Assembly (NCBI RefSeq): GCF_001194135.2
Contig: NC_068987.1
Coordinates: forward strand, 3,148,531 to 3,184,116
Length of the DNA: 35,586 bases
Source of the DNA: Octopus bimaculoides
Taxonomy: Eukaryota
Reading direction: 5' to 3'
The notes under the pieces were generated by a model that was given only the letters and a program-made list of their open reading frames with translations, ran no database searches and was not told where the DNA came from. The translations under genes were made by a program, and so were the position numbers. Positions 1 to 10,849 of this stretch are shown here, one piece after another (the stretch's first letter is position 1; every line of letters starts with the position of its first letter).

Positions 1-516
1 TAATAATGAAATTGGTCTAAATTGTCCTAGTGTTTTTGCATCTTTCTCTTTAGGTAAATAGACACCTTCAGCTATACACCATCGCTCCGCTACGTGTTTC
101 TTCTTCCACATTTCTCTTATCAATGCAAATAACTGTAAACGCAATTTCGAGCAATACTTGTAAACCTTGTAGCTCACACCGTCGTTCCCTGGTGAACTTT
201 TTGCTCTTGCTTTTTTTATGAACTCCTCTATTTCTTTCCGTTTGATGTCACTCAAATCAAAAAATACCCTTGGTTCAGGTGGTTTCTTCAGTCCGTGCAT
301 TTCTGGGAGTACTTTATTTCTGTCAGAGTTGCTGTATGTCTCTTTAAGATGTTGTTCAAGCTCTTCTTTCGTGCAATCCAATTTTCTGCTTTTACTTTCA
401 GTAAATAAATGTTTTGCGTATTGATAGGGATTGTTCACAAAGCTACGATAGTTCTTTTCTCTCTCCTTTCTTCGCCTATTGGAATATTCCATTTTGTTCT
501 GAGATTTTTTATCCAT
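1..516 (-). mobile_element. RLE-type non-LTR retrotransposon (HERO/NeSL-like), N-terminal part of the RT ORF; 5'-truncated and continuing off the left edge
   Basis: Manual translation of the minus strand is stop-free from 516 to 1: ...NRRRKEREKNYRSFVNNPYQYAKHLFTESKSRKLDCTKEELEQHLKETYS...KARAKSSPGNDGVSYKVYKYC...W..AEGVYLPKEKDAKTLGQFRPISLL. SPGxDG and PKE..FRPISLL are RT region 0/1 motifs. It is absent from the ORF track, probably because it has no stop inside the window. Confidence 0.85.
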
Positions 517-730
517 ACTACTATGACAGAGAAATAATTTAAGCTTAAAGATTTGTATATAAGAGTTTGTTGGATCTAATCCAGGTTGTATTTAAAAAAT
601 TTTATTTATTTTAAATTTCTATGTTTAAACATTTTAAGGTTTGGAAAATTTTAAACTTGCTAAATATTTATGCTTACAACATACTAAAACGTCTGTAATT
701 TTATTTAATATGTTTTTATTTCTATTACTA

Positions 731-795
731 GCGTATAGTATACTATACTATAGTATAGCGTATAGTATACTATACTATAGTATAGCGTATAGTAT
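731..795. repeat. 27-bp tandem repeat (gcgtatagtatactatactatagtata, about 2.4 copies) with an internal palindrome
   Basis: Read directly. TATAGTATACTATA is its own reverse complement. Confidence 0.85.
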
Positions 796-1154
796 TCTGC
801 TCAATTCCTTTATGCAAAGCCTACAAGATTTAGTGTGTGTGCTATATGGTGCTGATTCAGTAACTATCGACCACCTTAAATTATATTCAATGTTAGACTC
901 TTTGAGATGGTTAATTTATGATGCTAATGTCATGGAATTTTTTGCATCAGGGTGAATAAATGAATTCTTGTATCCCCTATATCTATTTTAAAAATCTATA
1001 GTACTCCCTATATAAATTTTCCTCTGTTATATATAACGATGAAGGAAATTGTTGCATACAGTGTTCAGGTGCACTACAATTACAAAAAAAAATAAAATAA
1101 CCTTAGAAAACATTGAGTTGACTCATCGGGGTTACAATTAATCAACATTAAAAA

Positions 1155-1390
1155 TAAACAAGAGCACTCAGAAAGCACAGACCTCTGCCAGGGCAACACC
1201 AACGTCCTCTCAACATTTAGCCAGAGATGATTTATAAAATTAGAATACCTTAAATAATCTCGACTGCTCTCACAAACTAAAAATGAACCTGACCGCTCTC
1301 AAAAATTAAGTAAAAAAAAACAGGAAAAATATTCCAGAATCCTTGTCCAGTACTAGATCGATCCCAAAATCTAATCAGTTCATGCCAGTG
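1155..1390. repeat. Interspersed repeat of unresolved class beginning aacaagagcactcag
   Basis: Recalled resemblance to an abundant mollusc non-autonomous element starting AACAAGAG. There is only one copy in the window. Confidence 0.3.
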
Positions 1391-1720
1391 ACTGGCACCA
1401 GTGCTGGTGGCACATAAAAAGCATCATTCAAGTGTAATCATTGCTAGTACCGCCTGACTGGCTTTTGTGCCGGTGTCATGTAAAAAGCACCATTCAAGCA
1501 TGGTCGATGCCAGTACTGTCTGATTGGCCCTCGTGCAAGTGGCATGTAAAAAGCACCCACTACACTCTCGGAGTGGTTGGCATTAGGAAGGGCATCCGGC
1601 TGTAGAAACCTTGCCAGATCAGATTGGGGCCTGGTACAGCTTTCTGGGTTGCCAGCCCTCAGTCAAACCGTCCAACCCATGGAAGGCAGACGTTAAATAA
1701 TGAAGATGATGATGATGATC
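1388..1720 (+). mobile_element. SINE family A (RTE-like 3' end, (GAT)n tail) with tandem ~50-60-bp internal subunits
   Basis: Core gagtggttggc.ttaggaagggcatcc.gc.gtagaaacc...ccgtccaacccat...gacgttaaa..(gat)n recurs at 4585-4800 (-), 15549-15625 (-) and 30255-30560 (+). The subunit gtggca..taaaaagcacc is repeated about three times at 1390-1560. Confidence 0.75.
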
Positions 1721-2204
1721 TCAAAGTTTTAGCAAACATAAATCAAAGCAAAAAAATTGTGCCTAGCCTTCATTTCTTGCCTCAGGCATTGGTAATCCAT
1801 TCTGCAGCACCAGATCTCTGTAAAAGAGAGAGAGAGAATAGATGAGACTATGTAACCTGAGGTTGAGAATAAGACATGGTGGTCATGGCTGTATTGATTT
1901 TGATCCTAGGTCCATTCAATCATGAACACGTTGAGGGCTGACCAGCAACATGGCATGTTGACTTGGTCCTGATTTCTCCTAAGATTCAATTTTGTAAGAT
2001 CAATAAAATAACTAATCTATAATAATGATATTTATAATGGAAAGAAAAGGTTGCTTTGGTGCAATGTGCTGTTGACTTTCAACAGAGAATGCATATGCAA
2101 CTGACACGCTAATTGCACATTATCTTCACATCCTGCATGGGCATGCAATACACAGCATCACAATGAATTACTTGGCAAACATCAATATTTGTAAAATAGG
2201 ACGG

Positions 2205-2420
2205 CACTGAACTGGCAGGACCGTTTCTATGCTGGGAATAATCCTTAGCGGCATTTCATATCACTAGGTTCTGAGTTCAAATTCTGCTGAGGTTGATTTT
2301 GCCTTTCATCCTTTCAGGGTCAATGAAATAAGTACCAGTTGAGTACTGGGGGTCAGTGTAATTGACTTAGTCAGTCTCCTGAAATTGCTGGCCTTGTGCC
2401 AGAATTTGAGACTAATATTA
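2205..2420 (+). mobile_element. tRNA-derived SINE family B
   Basis: ctggcag...ctgagttcaaattc (B-box-like)...ttgcctttcatcctttc.gggtc.ataaa.taagtaccagt. The same sequence recurs at 2805-2945, 22650-22828 (-), 24715-24855 (-), 31392-31695, 33195-33520 and 33955-34135. Confidence 0.75.
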
Positions 2421-2599
2421 TTATCATTATTAGTAGAGAAATGTTGCCTTGTAGCAAGTTTGTTGAAAGGTGGGTGAATGTTGGAAGAATGGCCAGTGTG
2501 AAAGGACCAATTCTGAGCTTGCACCTGTAAAAAGGGAATTAAAGGAGAAGGGCACTTGCCCTGTTGTTCAGGCACCCATGGCTTTTGTGGGTTTACCCA

Positions 2600-2805
2600 T
2601 GAGGACCTTAAAGCACCTCCCCTATTGGGAATTATAATTTGTTCAATTTTTATTGTTATTACACTGTGTACATGCAAAAACCCTTTGTATCGTCCTGTTT
2701 TTGTCTTTTATATTGTTGTATGTCCTTTAATGTTTTGTACTTGAGCCCTTGTGGCTAATAAAAGAATAAATTATTATTATTATTATTGTTATTATTATTA
2801 TTAAG
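2600..2805 (+). mobile_element. Probable LINE 3' end with AATAAA-like signal and (ATT)n tail
   Basis: T-rich 3'-UTR-like sequence ending ...gtggctaataaaagaataaattattattattattatt. Confidence 0.35.
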
Positions 2806-3079
2806 GCAATGTGCTGGCAGAATCATTAACATGCCGGGCGAAATGCTTAGCGGTATTTCATCTGCTGCTATATTCTGAGTTCAAATTCCACCAAGGTTGA
2901 CTGCTTTTCATCCTTTTGGTTGGGGTCGATAAATTAAGAATCAGTTGCATAGAATTGACACAAAGCACAGCCTCTCTTTGACATAAGACCATTACATCAC
3001 ATCACACTTTGAAGGCTATGCGTTTGCAATCCAGGAACAGGAGATTGTATTTGTCAATGCATTAACAGACAAGAGAAAA

Positions 3080-3570
3080 AAAATCAATTGGTAAGGAAGG
3101 AGGAGGAAGAGAAAATGTGAGGTGGAGTAAGGATAGAAGAGGAGGAGGAGAAGAGCTGAATGAAGATGTGGTGGGAGGGCTCTGAAAAGGAAATAAGAAA
3201 TGAAGAGAAGGGAGAAGAGGAGGAGGGGATGTTACAAATAGAGTAAGAGGGAGAGAAGGAAGAGAAATAAACAATTGAACAAAGTTGGAAGGAATGAGTT
3301 GTGAGAGAGGAGGGGTGATAAGATGGGAGGTGGTTGGAGGTAGATAGGAGAGGGCGAACAGTGAATAGAACACAGAGATTACCACTCACCCACCTGCTCC
3401 CTCACACACACACACATGCACAAACACACATATTTGTATGTAAATATATATATATGAATATGCATACATATACATATATATATATGTATAAATATGTGTG
3501 TGTGTATGTATATAAATATATGTATATATACGTATACATATATGATACATACAGAGATATATATTCCATC
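3080..3570. repeat. Polypurine (GA-rich) tract followed by compound (CA)/(TA)/(TG) microsatellite
   Basis: The tract at 3080-3370 is strongly purine-biased, and the microsatellite lies at 3400-3560. These explain five spurious ORFs. Confidence 0.85.
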
Positions 3571-4002
3571 TTTCACATGAGGACATATCACTACAAGTCT
3601 ATTGCCAATTGTTACATTCACTAAATTATGGGAAGAACCTACCCAGCACCTATTAAGAACTGTGACAACATATCTTCGTTCTGAATTTAATCACAAAACA
3701 TTTTACAGAACATCAAAATTTAAAGTAATCTCGTTACTTTATTAGCCATCCTTTTATGAATATAGCTACCCTCTCTCAAAAATAATCACAATTAACACTT
3801 TGAAATTCAAAACATCAATTATATAAAAGACAAACAAAGTTAAAACGTAATTGGAATAACAGAAAAAAAGAAGAAAAAGGAATCAGAAACTTTGGGATTG
3901 TTGGATGTTCTCAATTAAATACAAGTTTCTATCCCACATCGTTATTATTCTCCTAAATATAACAAAAATTTTCGTTAATAATTATTATTATTATTATTTG
4001 CA

Positions 4003-4386
4003 ATGCCGTCAAACAGAGTAAAGTTTTCATTGACCAAACCAGCATTATTGTATTCCATGACCAGCATCAAGCCCTGGCTACCAACATTTAAATCCTTGTT
4101 GCTTGGACCCCTCCAACCACTTTTGAACGGCCAATTGGTCAAAATTCTACTCCTGCTGGTTATTGTCCAAATTTCTACCTGTTTGCGTGTCTGTTTGACA
4201 CTCAAAGAAATCAGTGATTCACAGAACTGGGATACATTTTTTGAAACATATTCCTTGCCCAGAGAGGAGTGTGAAAATTTGTGTGTGAGACGTTCTGCAT
4301 GTCATTCATTCTCGTACGATTCTGAAGATAACCGCTGCAAATTATCGTCAAAGAACCCAACCGCAGATTATGAAAACATAACTATT
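4003..4386 (+). CDS. Gene 1 exon 1: hydrophobic leader plus PAN/Apple domain
   Basis: The ORF encodes LVKILLLLVIVQISTC, then ECENLC..RSACHSFSY..EDNRCKLS, which is the PAN Cys pattern CxxxC-x-CxSFxY-x-CxL. A perfect GTAAGT donor at 4387 is phase 0 and matches the next exon. The ORF otherwise runs to a stop at 4426-4428. The true start codon is uncertain. Confidence 0.75.
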
Positions 4387-4584
4387 GTAAGTGGTGATTT
4401 TGTTTATACATCTATTTCAAATTGTTAATTTCTTTCTAATTATTCAATTTCTTTGTTTTTATTGTTCTATTATTATTTTGATATTTTTTTTTATGTTACT
4501 ATTCTGTCTCGCAAATACAAATTAAGCAAAAATGCAAGCAGACTTAGTGAACAGAGATGTTTGTATACATACATCATTGTCATC

Positions 4585-4800
4585 ATTGTCGTCGTCATCG
4601 TCATCGTTTAGTGTTCTCTCACCATGCTGGCTCGGGTTTGGCAAAAGCTAGCAAAGCAGAAGAATGTCCCACTCGATACTGCTCTGCTTTGGCAGGGTTT
4701 CTATGGCTGGATGCCCTTCCTAACACCAAACACATTACAGAGTGCATGGGGTGAATTTTATGTGGCACCAGCACCAGTGAGGTCACCAAGCAATTCACAA
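4585..4800 (-). mobile_element. SINE family A copy
   Basis: Reverse complement of the 1388-1720 core (tttctatggctggatgcccttcctaac), with a (TCA/TCG)n tail on the left. Confidence 0.65.
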
Positions 4801-5224
4801 AACAACCCCACCACTCCAACCGAGGAGGAAGGTAACTTTATGCTTGGTGGGGCTAGATGTTAAAAAGATGAGATGTAGAGGAGGGCTTTGTTAGGGACAG
4901 AATGTGTGCAGTATCTTGGACATAAATGATACGTTTTCATGGCCTTAAGCGCAACAAATGGCCAATTGCTTCAGTTGTTTGTCATCTCTTTGGTGAGGCT
5001 CAACATTCAAAGATCATTTTTCAATATTCCATCTCACATCTTCCTTGGTCATCTTCTTCCACAGGTTCCATCCACATTTAGAGATCGGCACTTCTTTATA
5101 CAGCTGTCTTCATCCATTCACATCACATGATCATACAAGCAGTCTTCTCTCTTGCACACTACATCTGAGGTTTTCATTTCTTTTCAGCTCTCTCGTGTCT
5201 TCTGCATTCACAGTCCATGAAACA

Positions 5225-5295
5225 CTATACACACATGGGACTATATACACACATGGGACTATATACACACATGGGACTATATACACACACACTAT
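5225..5295. repeat. 18-bp minisatellite (acacacatgggactatat, about 3.5 copies)
   Basis: Read directly. Confidence 0.85.
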
Positions 5296-6691
5296 ATCTG
5301 ATGCTTCCTATAACCATATTATTTATAGTAATAATATTAGGGAATAAAAAATTATTCCAACCTTACAGGTAAAATTCAGAATAATATCAGACCGAATTTT
5401 GTAATATATAATATATATGTATATAACTTATTTAGAGATGAACCACCACTCTACAACTCAGTCAACGAAGAACCCGTCCAAAACCATGCTGTAAGACATA
5501 TACCATATAAATACTTATTTTAATCTAAAATTTTAATAATTTTAATAATATATAATATATCATACAAAGAAACATTCATCATAAAAATATTAATCTAAAA
5601 ATCAAATAAAGTATAAATTGGACAGTAAAAATTAATACAATAATATAATGTATAAAAGTATAAAAGTCAGTGCTTGTACATAGACTACGCGCATTTCATG
5701 GCTGAATTAGGACTATATAAAATCATAAAAAAATTCTATCCAAGTTCATTAGAACGGGAAAATGATTTTACTCCCAAAATCAGTTACTCTTCAGGTCAAA
5801 TTCCTAAAAAAGTACCTAAAAGTATTATAAGGAATAAAAATAAACATAAGAAATAAATAATATATAAAGAGACAAAACCTGTAAAGTAATCCCTAAGTTA
5901 ACGGCATTAATATTATTATTAAAAGTTACAAGCTAAAAATATTGAAATAGAGTATTATAGTGAACAAGGTTAAATCAATATGGAAGAAGTAAATTAGTTA
6001 TATATATTTATTTATTTATGTTTTTTTTTGTTCTTTGGTTTTGTTTTGAAATGAAATCTAACTTCAAGCATCTTGTAGAGATAATTTTTTAGAAACCATT
6101 TTCTGAAACTGGTAAAATTATGTTTAGTGTGTATATAGAATATACTTTGAGAGCTTGTCCTGTCATGCCTTGTAAGCTGGGAAGATTTTCTCAAGCTCTG
6201 CATATTGCTTGTCCTCTCAGTACTTTGTCCTTTACGTATGAGAGAGAGAGAGAGAGAGAGAGAGAGTGCGGGAGGTGAGAGGTTTGATTTGAAGATGAAT
6301 TTTTGCAAGTTGCTACTTGAAGTTTCACTTTTCCAATTTTTGCATGACAGACACGCACTGACACAGAGGTGTGTGTGTGTGTGTGTGTTGCATCTCGTTT
6401 TTGAAATATCACTCAAGTTTGGTCAATAAAAAGTAATCTAAAGAACGACCATCACAACATTAATGAATGCAATTACCTTAACTGAACAGAAGTATGACAA
6501 TAAAAAGTATGATCAAATGTAATTAACCAATGACCTATTGTTAACAACTGGAAGAAGAAACCTGACATAATACACAGAAATTGATCATCTGATCAAAGTC
6601 ACACGGTGTAACTGGTAATGCAACATGAATAACAACAAAATTTTTGTATTATTTCCATATTATTGATCTGGTCTACACTAAAATGAACTGT

Positions 6692-7176
6692 ATAACCCTT
6701 TCGTTGCTGCATTTATTTTGAGATGCTCTGTATTTCTTTCAATTACTTTAAATATTGGGTTGGTGCATAATTATTGCGGCTTTTTTTTTTTCAACAAATT
6801 TTATTCAACAAATGCAATAACAATATTTAATAAAACCATCTTTAAATGACGGTCTGACCATCTGCCAAGCAAATGGGAAGCAGTAATTGCAGTAGATGGT
6901 GAATATGCTCCAGAATAATCATTTAAAGATGTTTTTGTTACATGTTGTTATTGTTTTTGTTGAATATGAGTTATTGAAAAAAGCCACAATAATTATGCAC
7001 CAGCCCAATATAACAAAAAATTTAGTAAAATAACTTAGTTATCATTCAGCTAGTGTTAGGAACATAAATTGTGACTAAGGTTTGGCGGAAAATTTTAATT
7101 CAGAACTTAAGAAAACAAGACATTTGTACTACAAAGCCAGAGGCAGTTTCAGCCAGGCTGGTAATAAAAGGGTTAA
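6692..7176 (+). mobile_element. piggyBac-like MITE (CCCTTT...AAAGGG ends, TTAA-type target), interrupted by a mariner MITE
   Basis: Ends are ataa-CCCTTTCG ... AAAAGGG-ttaa. Uninterrupted homologues lie at 16853-17092 (+) and 33602-33822 (-). Confidence 0.8.
6755..7008 (+). mobile_element. Tc1/mariner-derived MITE with ~90-bp TIRs and TA target-site duplication
   Basis: TA|ttgggttggtgcataattattg ... caataattatgcaccagcccaa|TA. The centre encodes HLPSKWEAVIAVDGEY, resembling the mariner C-terminal WxxVIxxxGEY motif. An empty site is visible at 16915. Confidence 0.85.
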
Positions 7177-7599
7177 ATTGATTCGCTTCCATTTATTTGA
7201 TTCCTCTGACTGAAAGACATAGACATGGGCGCTTGTTGAAGTACAGGGGTGTAAGTCTGGCCGTGTGATTAACCACTTCTCTTCCGGCGACAGGGTTCTT
7301 TATCTTGCTGCCACACGGTTTCTTCTGCCATTGTCACTGGTCAAGTGATACATTGTGAACAAAGCTGTTTGTGTTGCTGATCCCTAGATTTAATCCATCA
7401 CTCTGCTTGCTGCCACTATCTTGACCTTGTATACTTTTTGCCATTACCACTTCTTTCCATGGATTTGAACCAGGTCTTCAATCTGAATGTTACTGACCAA
7501 TATCTACATTCAATGCTGTCTTGGTGATTGTATGCGTGTATGTATGTATGTATGTATGTATGTATGTATGTATGTATGTATGTATGTATGTATGCATGT

Positions 7600-7890
7600 T
7601 TGTTTGTAGTGTGTGTATGTGTATGCATGTCTCTTTTATATTTTAATTACTATAAATCTTCCACTGAGGAGGGAGCCGGTTTCGAACAAAGATACAAGGC
7701 TCTATCTTTGGGATGTAGTTAACGGGCAAATTCACATTTGGAACTTGAGAAAAGTCTTGCATATTCTTCCTGTTCCACTCACAGATTGCACTTGCAATGT
7801 ATGAATCATCCGATCGATTTCTCTTTCTGAAAATCCCAGTTTATCCAGATTCTCCTTTAAGCATTTACTAACAAAACCTAGTGCTCCAAT
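7600..7890 (-). mobile_element. R4/Dong-like RLE retrotransposon 3' fragment (subfamily B)
   Basis: The minus strand at 7890-7732 encodes IGALGFVSKCLKENLDKLGFSEREIDRMIHTLQVQSVSGTGRICKTFLKFQM*. A 3' UTR follows, then (TACA)n at about 7530-7600. Confidence 0.8.
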
Positions 7891-8430
7891 ATATGTATGT
7901 ATGTATGTGTGTATATATGTATGTATGTATGTGTGCAGATTTGTATGTTTTATGTATGTATTCTCATATATATAGTTACATATCTAGACATGCTCATATA
8001 TATTTAAATAAGATACTTCTGTAAAGTTTTACAGATTTTTACAGTTCAAATGATTGGTTGGATCTGTAGTCTTCAAATTAGCTTTCTCCTTTCTGGTTTT
8101 GAGAAGCCTAATTTCTCAAGACTGGTATTTAGGCAGTATGTTACATATCCTAGGGCCCCAATAATTACAGGTATAAACCTGAACTTGTAATCTGTGTAAA
8201 GTAAGTGTAGATTGCTCAATAGTTCAGCATAGGTGTTCTCTTTTTCACTGATCTTCAGTTTTATGCTAACATCCACTGGGCAACTAATTTCCACAACTGT
8301 GCACAGTTTCTCTTCTCTATCCCAAATCACTATGTCAGGTCTGTTGTGCTTACATTTTATTGAGGTCTTCACTGGGACATTCCACCAGGATTCCTTTTCA
8401 TTATGAGTAGCTATGGCTTCTACCATATTA
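7891..8430 (-). mobile_element. R4/Dong-like RLE retrotransposon 3' fragment (subfamily A) with restriction-like endonuclease motif
   Basis: ORF 8073-8426 encodes HNRPDIVIWDREEKLCTVVEISCP...KENTY...PVIIGALG, the PD-(D/E) and KxxxY RLE motifs. A 3' UTR and (CATA)n follow. Confidence 0.85.
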
Positions 8431-8544
8431 TAGGTTTTTATTTCTTTGTCCTTCGGATTAGCCTTCGGATAGATTTCATTATGTATGCATGCATGTATGT
8501 ATTTATGTATGTTTATGTGTATGAATGTTTGTATATAGTGAAAG

Positions 8545-8810
8545 CATGTGGCTAAGTCTTTAGAGCATTCGGCTCACAATTGTAAGATTGTGAGTTCAGT
8601 TCCTGGTGGTGCATTGTGTCCTTGAGCAAGACCCTTGGTGTCACGTTGCTCCAGTCCACTCAGCTGGCAAAAATGAGTTCTACCTTCGATTCAAAGGGCC
8701 ATCCTCACCACCTTCTGTGTCTTTCTGAATCTCTCTGAGAACTACATTAAGGGTACACATATCTGTGGAATACTCAGCCATTTGTATGTTAATTTCGTGA
8801 GCAGGCTGGA
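8545..8810 (+). mobile_element. tRNA-derived SINE (family D)
   Basis: A/B-box-like head (gtggctaagtc...gagttcagttcc), followed by tgtgtccttgagcaag...gctccagtccactcagctgg. Confidence 0.55.
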
Positions 8811-8874
8811 GAGTCAGGCCATACCTTTGTGTATATGTTTGCAAGGGTGTGTTTACGTAGCATATATTCTTTTT

Positions 8875-9260
8875 CTTTTATTTGTTTCAGTCATTTCACT
8901 GCGGCCATGCTGGAGCACCACCCTTAGTCAAACAAATCGATCCCAAGATTTATTCTTTGTAAGCCTAGTATTTAGTCTATCCGTCTCTTTTGCCAAACCG
9001 CTAAGTTATGGGGACGTAAAGACACCAACATCGGTTGTCAAGCGATGGCGGGGGGACAAACACAGACACAAAGACATATATATATATATATATAGATATA
9101 CGACGGGCTTCTTTCAGTTTCCATCTACCAAATCCACTCCCAAGGCTTTGGTTGGCTCAAGGCTATTGTAGAAGACACTTGCCCAAGGTGCTACACAGTG
9201 GGACTGAACCCGAGACCATGTGGTTGGTAAGCAAGTTATTTACCACACAGCCACTCCTGT
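8875..9260 (-). mobile_element. tRNA-derived SINE family C with internal microsatellite
   Basis: The head gagtggctgtgtggtaa...gggttcagtcccactg lies on the minus strand, with body gtccccataacttagcggtt...ctccagcatggccgcagt. Copies are at 11535-12045, 15275-15540, 17465-17700 and 24925-25245 (+), and at 22185-22545 and 28190-28355 (-). Confidence 0.8.
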
Positions 9261-9404
9261 ATACGAACATGAATGAGTGTGGTTTGTATGGAGATGTCCA
9301 TGCTTGGACATTTCATGACTGAACTTGATCCTTCTTTATTGACAAAGATCAATGTTCCTCACAGTAAATAACGCAAGCATGAGAAAGAAATCAATGACAA
9401 TGAT

Positions 9405-9530
9405 GGTGGCAGTGGTGGTAATGGCGGCAGTGGTGTAGGAGATTGTGGTTTTGGTGGTGGTGGTGGTGGTTGTGGCGGCAGTTGCGACGGTAGTGGCTGC
9501 GACAGCAACAGCAGCGGTGGTGGTGGCAGC
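9405..9530. repeat. Degenerate (GGT)/(GCA) trinucleotide repeat
   Basis: Read directly. It explains the poly-V, poly-T and poly-H ORFs. Confidence 0.8.
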
Positions 9531-9599
9531 TAAACCACTGATGTGGTTGCAGTTGTCCTTCTTTATGAGCCATGTTGTATCCTCCATCTCAACACTTCT

Positions 9600-10380
9600 C
9601 ATTTCTAGAACAATTCCTATCACTATACTACTCGTGTCATACTATACAATCCCTTTCTCTGATTTGGGTACATGCAAACTTCCCTTCACTGGGTGCTCTA
9701 TTCTCGTTCTCCCCAGAACGTCTCACAACCATCTTATCTCTTACTCACTCCTTTGGTGCACTCTTTGATAAAGCGGCAAGCCATCTGGAGTCATCCTGCA
9801 ATGGGCTAATGACTTACTAATTTCCCACTTACTGAGAATGGTTTTCACCTATTCATGGCTCCATTCAGGTCTGGAATCTTCTTTCTTCTCTGAAACTTTA
9901 ATCTACTTATTTTGTCTCTCTCTCAAGACGAAGCCCCAGGGCAGCTCCCCCTTCTGTAGCCTCCAATTATTTCATAGATATCTTGAATCTCCTAAGATGA
10001 CCTACGACCCCTTCTCTTACACTGACCTCAACCTTTGAATATAACCTATGTAAGAACTAGTGACCTGCTTCACCTTGGCCACTTTTCCCAAACCCACCCT
10101 CACAGCCTTTTCCATGATTTTGGATGCTGAGTTCAATGTGAGTCTCAGCCAGGTGAAACAGTACAACCTGTTCTTGTATTTCTCCAACTGATACCTTCAT
10201 AATTTCTCAGCCACCTGAAGCTGCAGATCTGCTGAATTTAGGTCAAATAATTGTAGACACCTCTATCACTTTCCCCCATTCTTGCAATGTCTTCACAGAC
10301 AACTGCAGTTCTTACTTGCATCTGACCACTGCCCGACAAACTTCATCCAGAATAAGACAACAATTTAGAAGAGTTACTGA
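9600..10380 (-). mobile_element. Highly decayed RTE-like LINE relic
   Basis: Higher GC than the surroundings. The minus strand carries an ELPW-like remnant near 9950, resembling the RTE PWELLYADD neighbourhood. There are many stops. Confidence 0.3.
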
Positions 10381-10849
10381 GAATCAAACTTCTTTGCTGG
10401 ATTTTTTCCAGTTCTCTGAGTTCTGAGTTCAAATCCCAGAGTATTTGGTTCTACTTTCCATTTATCTAGTGTCAATAAAATAAAAAACTACTTAAGTACC
10501 AAAGTTGATTCTTCTGTTTTGCAGACTTTATCACTATTGGAATCACCCACATTGCATATTGAGAAAGATCGTGGGAAGCCACTTATAGCATCCTTTTCTC
10601 CAAACTGGAAAAAGGCTGGGTGAGGAGCTAGCAACTTCTCATAGTAAAACTGGTGTATCCTTGGAACCTTCCAGCGATGGCTTAATCTATCAAAATACAG
10701 TGCAAATAATAAAGAAATGGTTGTATATTTACCATATTCAATGTGATTATCCTGTTTGCATTCTACTGTTTTTTTTTTTTTCATTATTATCTTGTCATGA
10801 TTATGAACTCTCAGAATCCATCCGTCCTTTCATTCACCCACTATTTCTT

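Noticed and set aside
2556-2744. Hydrophobic 62-aa ORF as an upstream signal or TM exon of gene 1
   Set aside because: It lies in a T-rich LINE-like 3' end, is closed by a stop, and has no usable donor.
5340-6010. A-rich, strand-skewed segment (and the T-rich 540-1130) resembling a mitochondrial insertion
   Set aside because: Only short matches to rRNA-like motifs were found (atccctaag.taac, atctaatcc), in inconsistent order, and no coherent mitochondrial-code ORF. A BLASTN against an octopus mitogenome would decide it.
8545-9260. tRNA-like A/B boxes as tRNA genes
   Set aside because: They are heads of multicopy SINEs and no cloverleaf can be completed.
10525-10620. Apparent exon (ttctgttttgcag ... 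GG|gtgagg) encoding TLSLLESPTLHIEKDRGKPLIASFSPNWKKAG
   Set aside because: Only phase 0 is open and it exits in phase 2. That is incompatible with the phase-0 exon at 11237 and the phase-1 CCP exons. It has no domain features, and the gene model closes without it.
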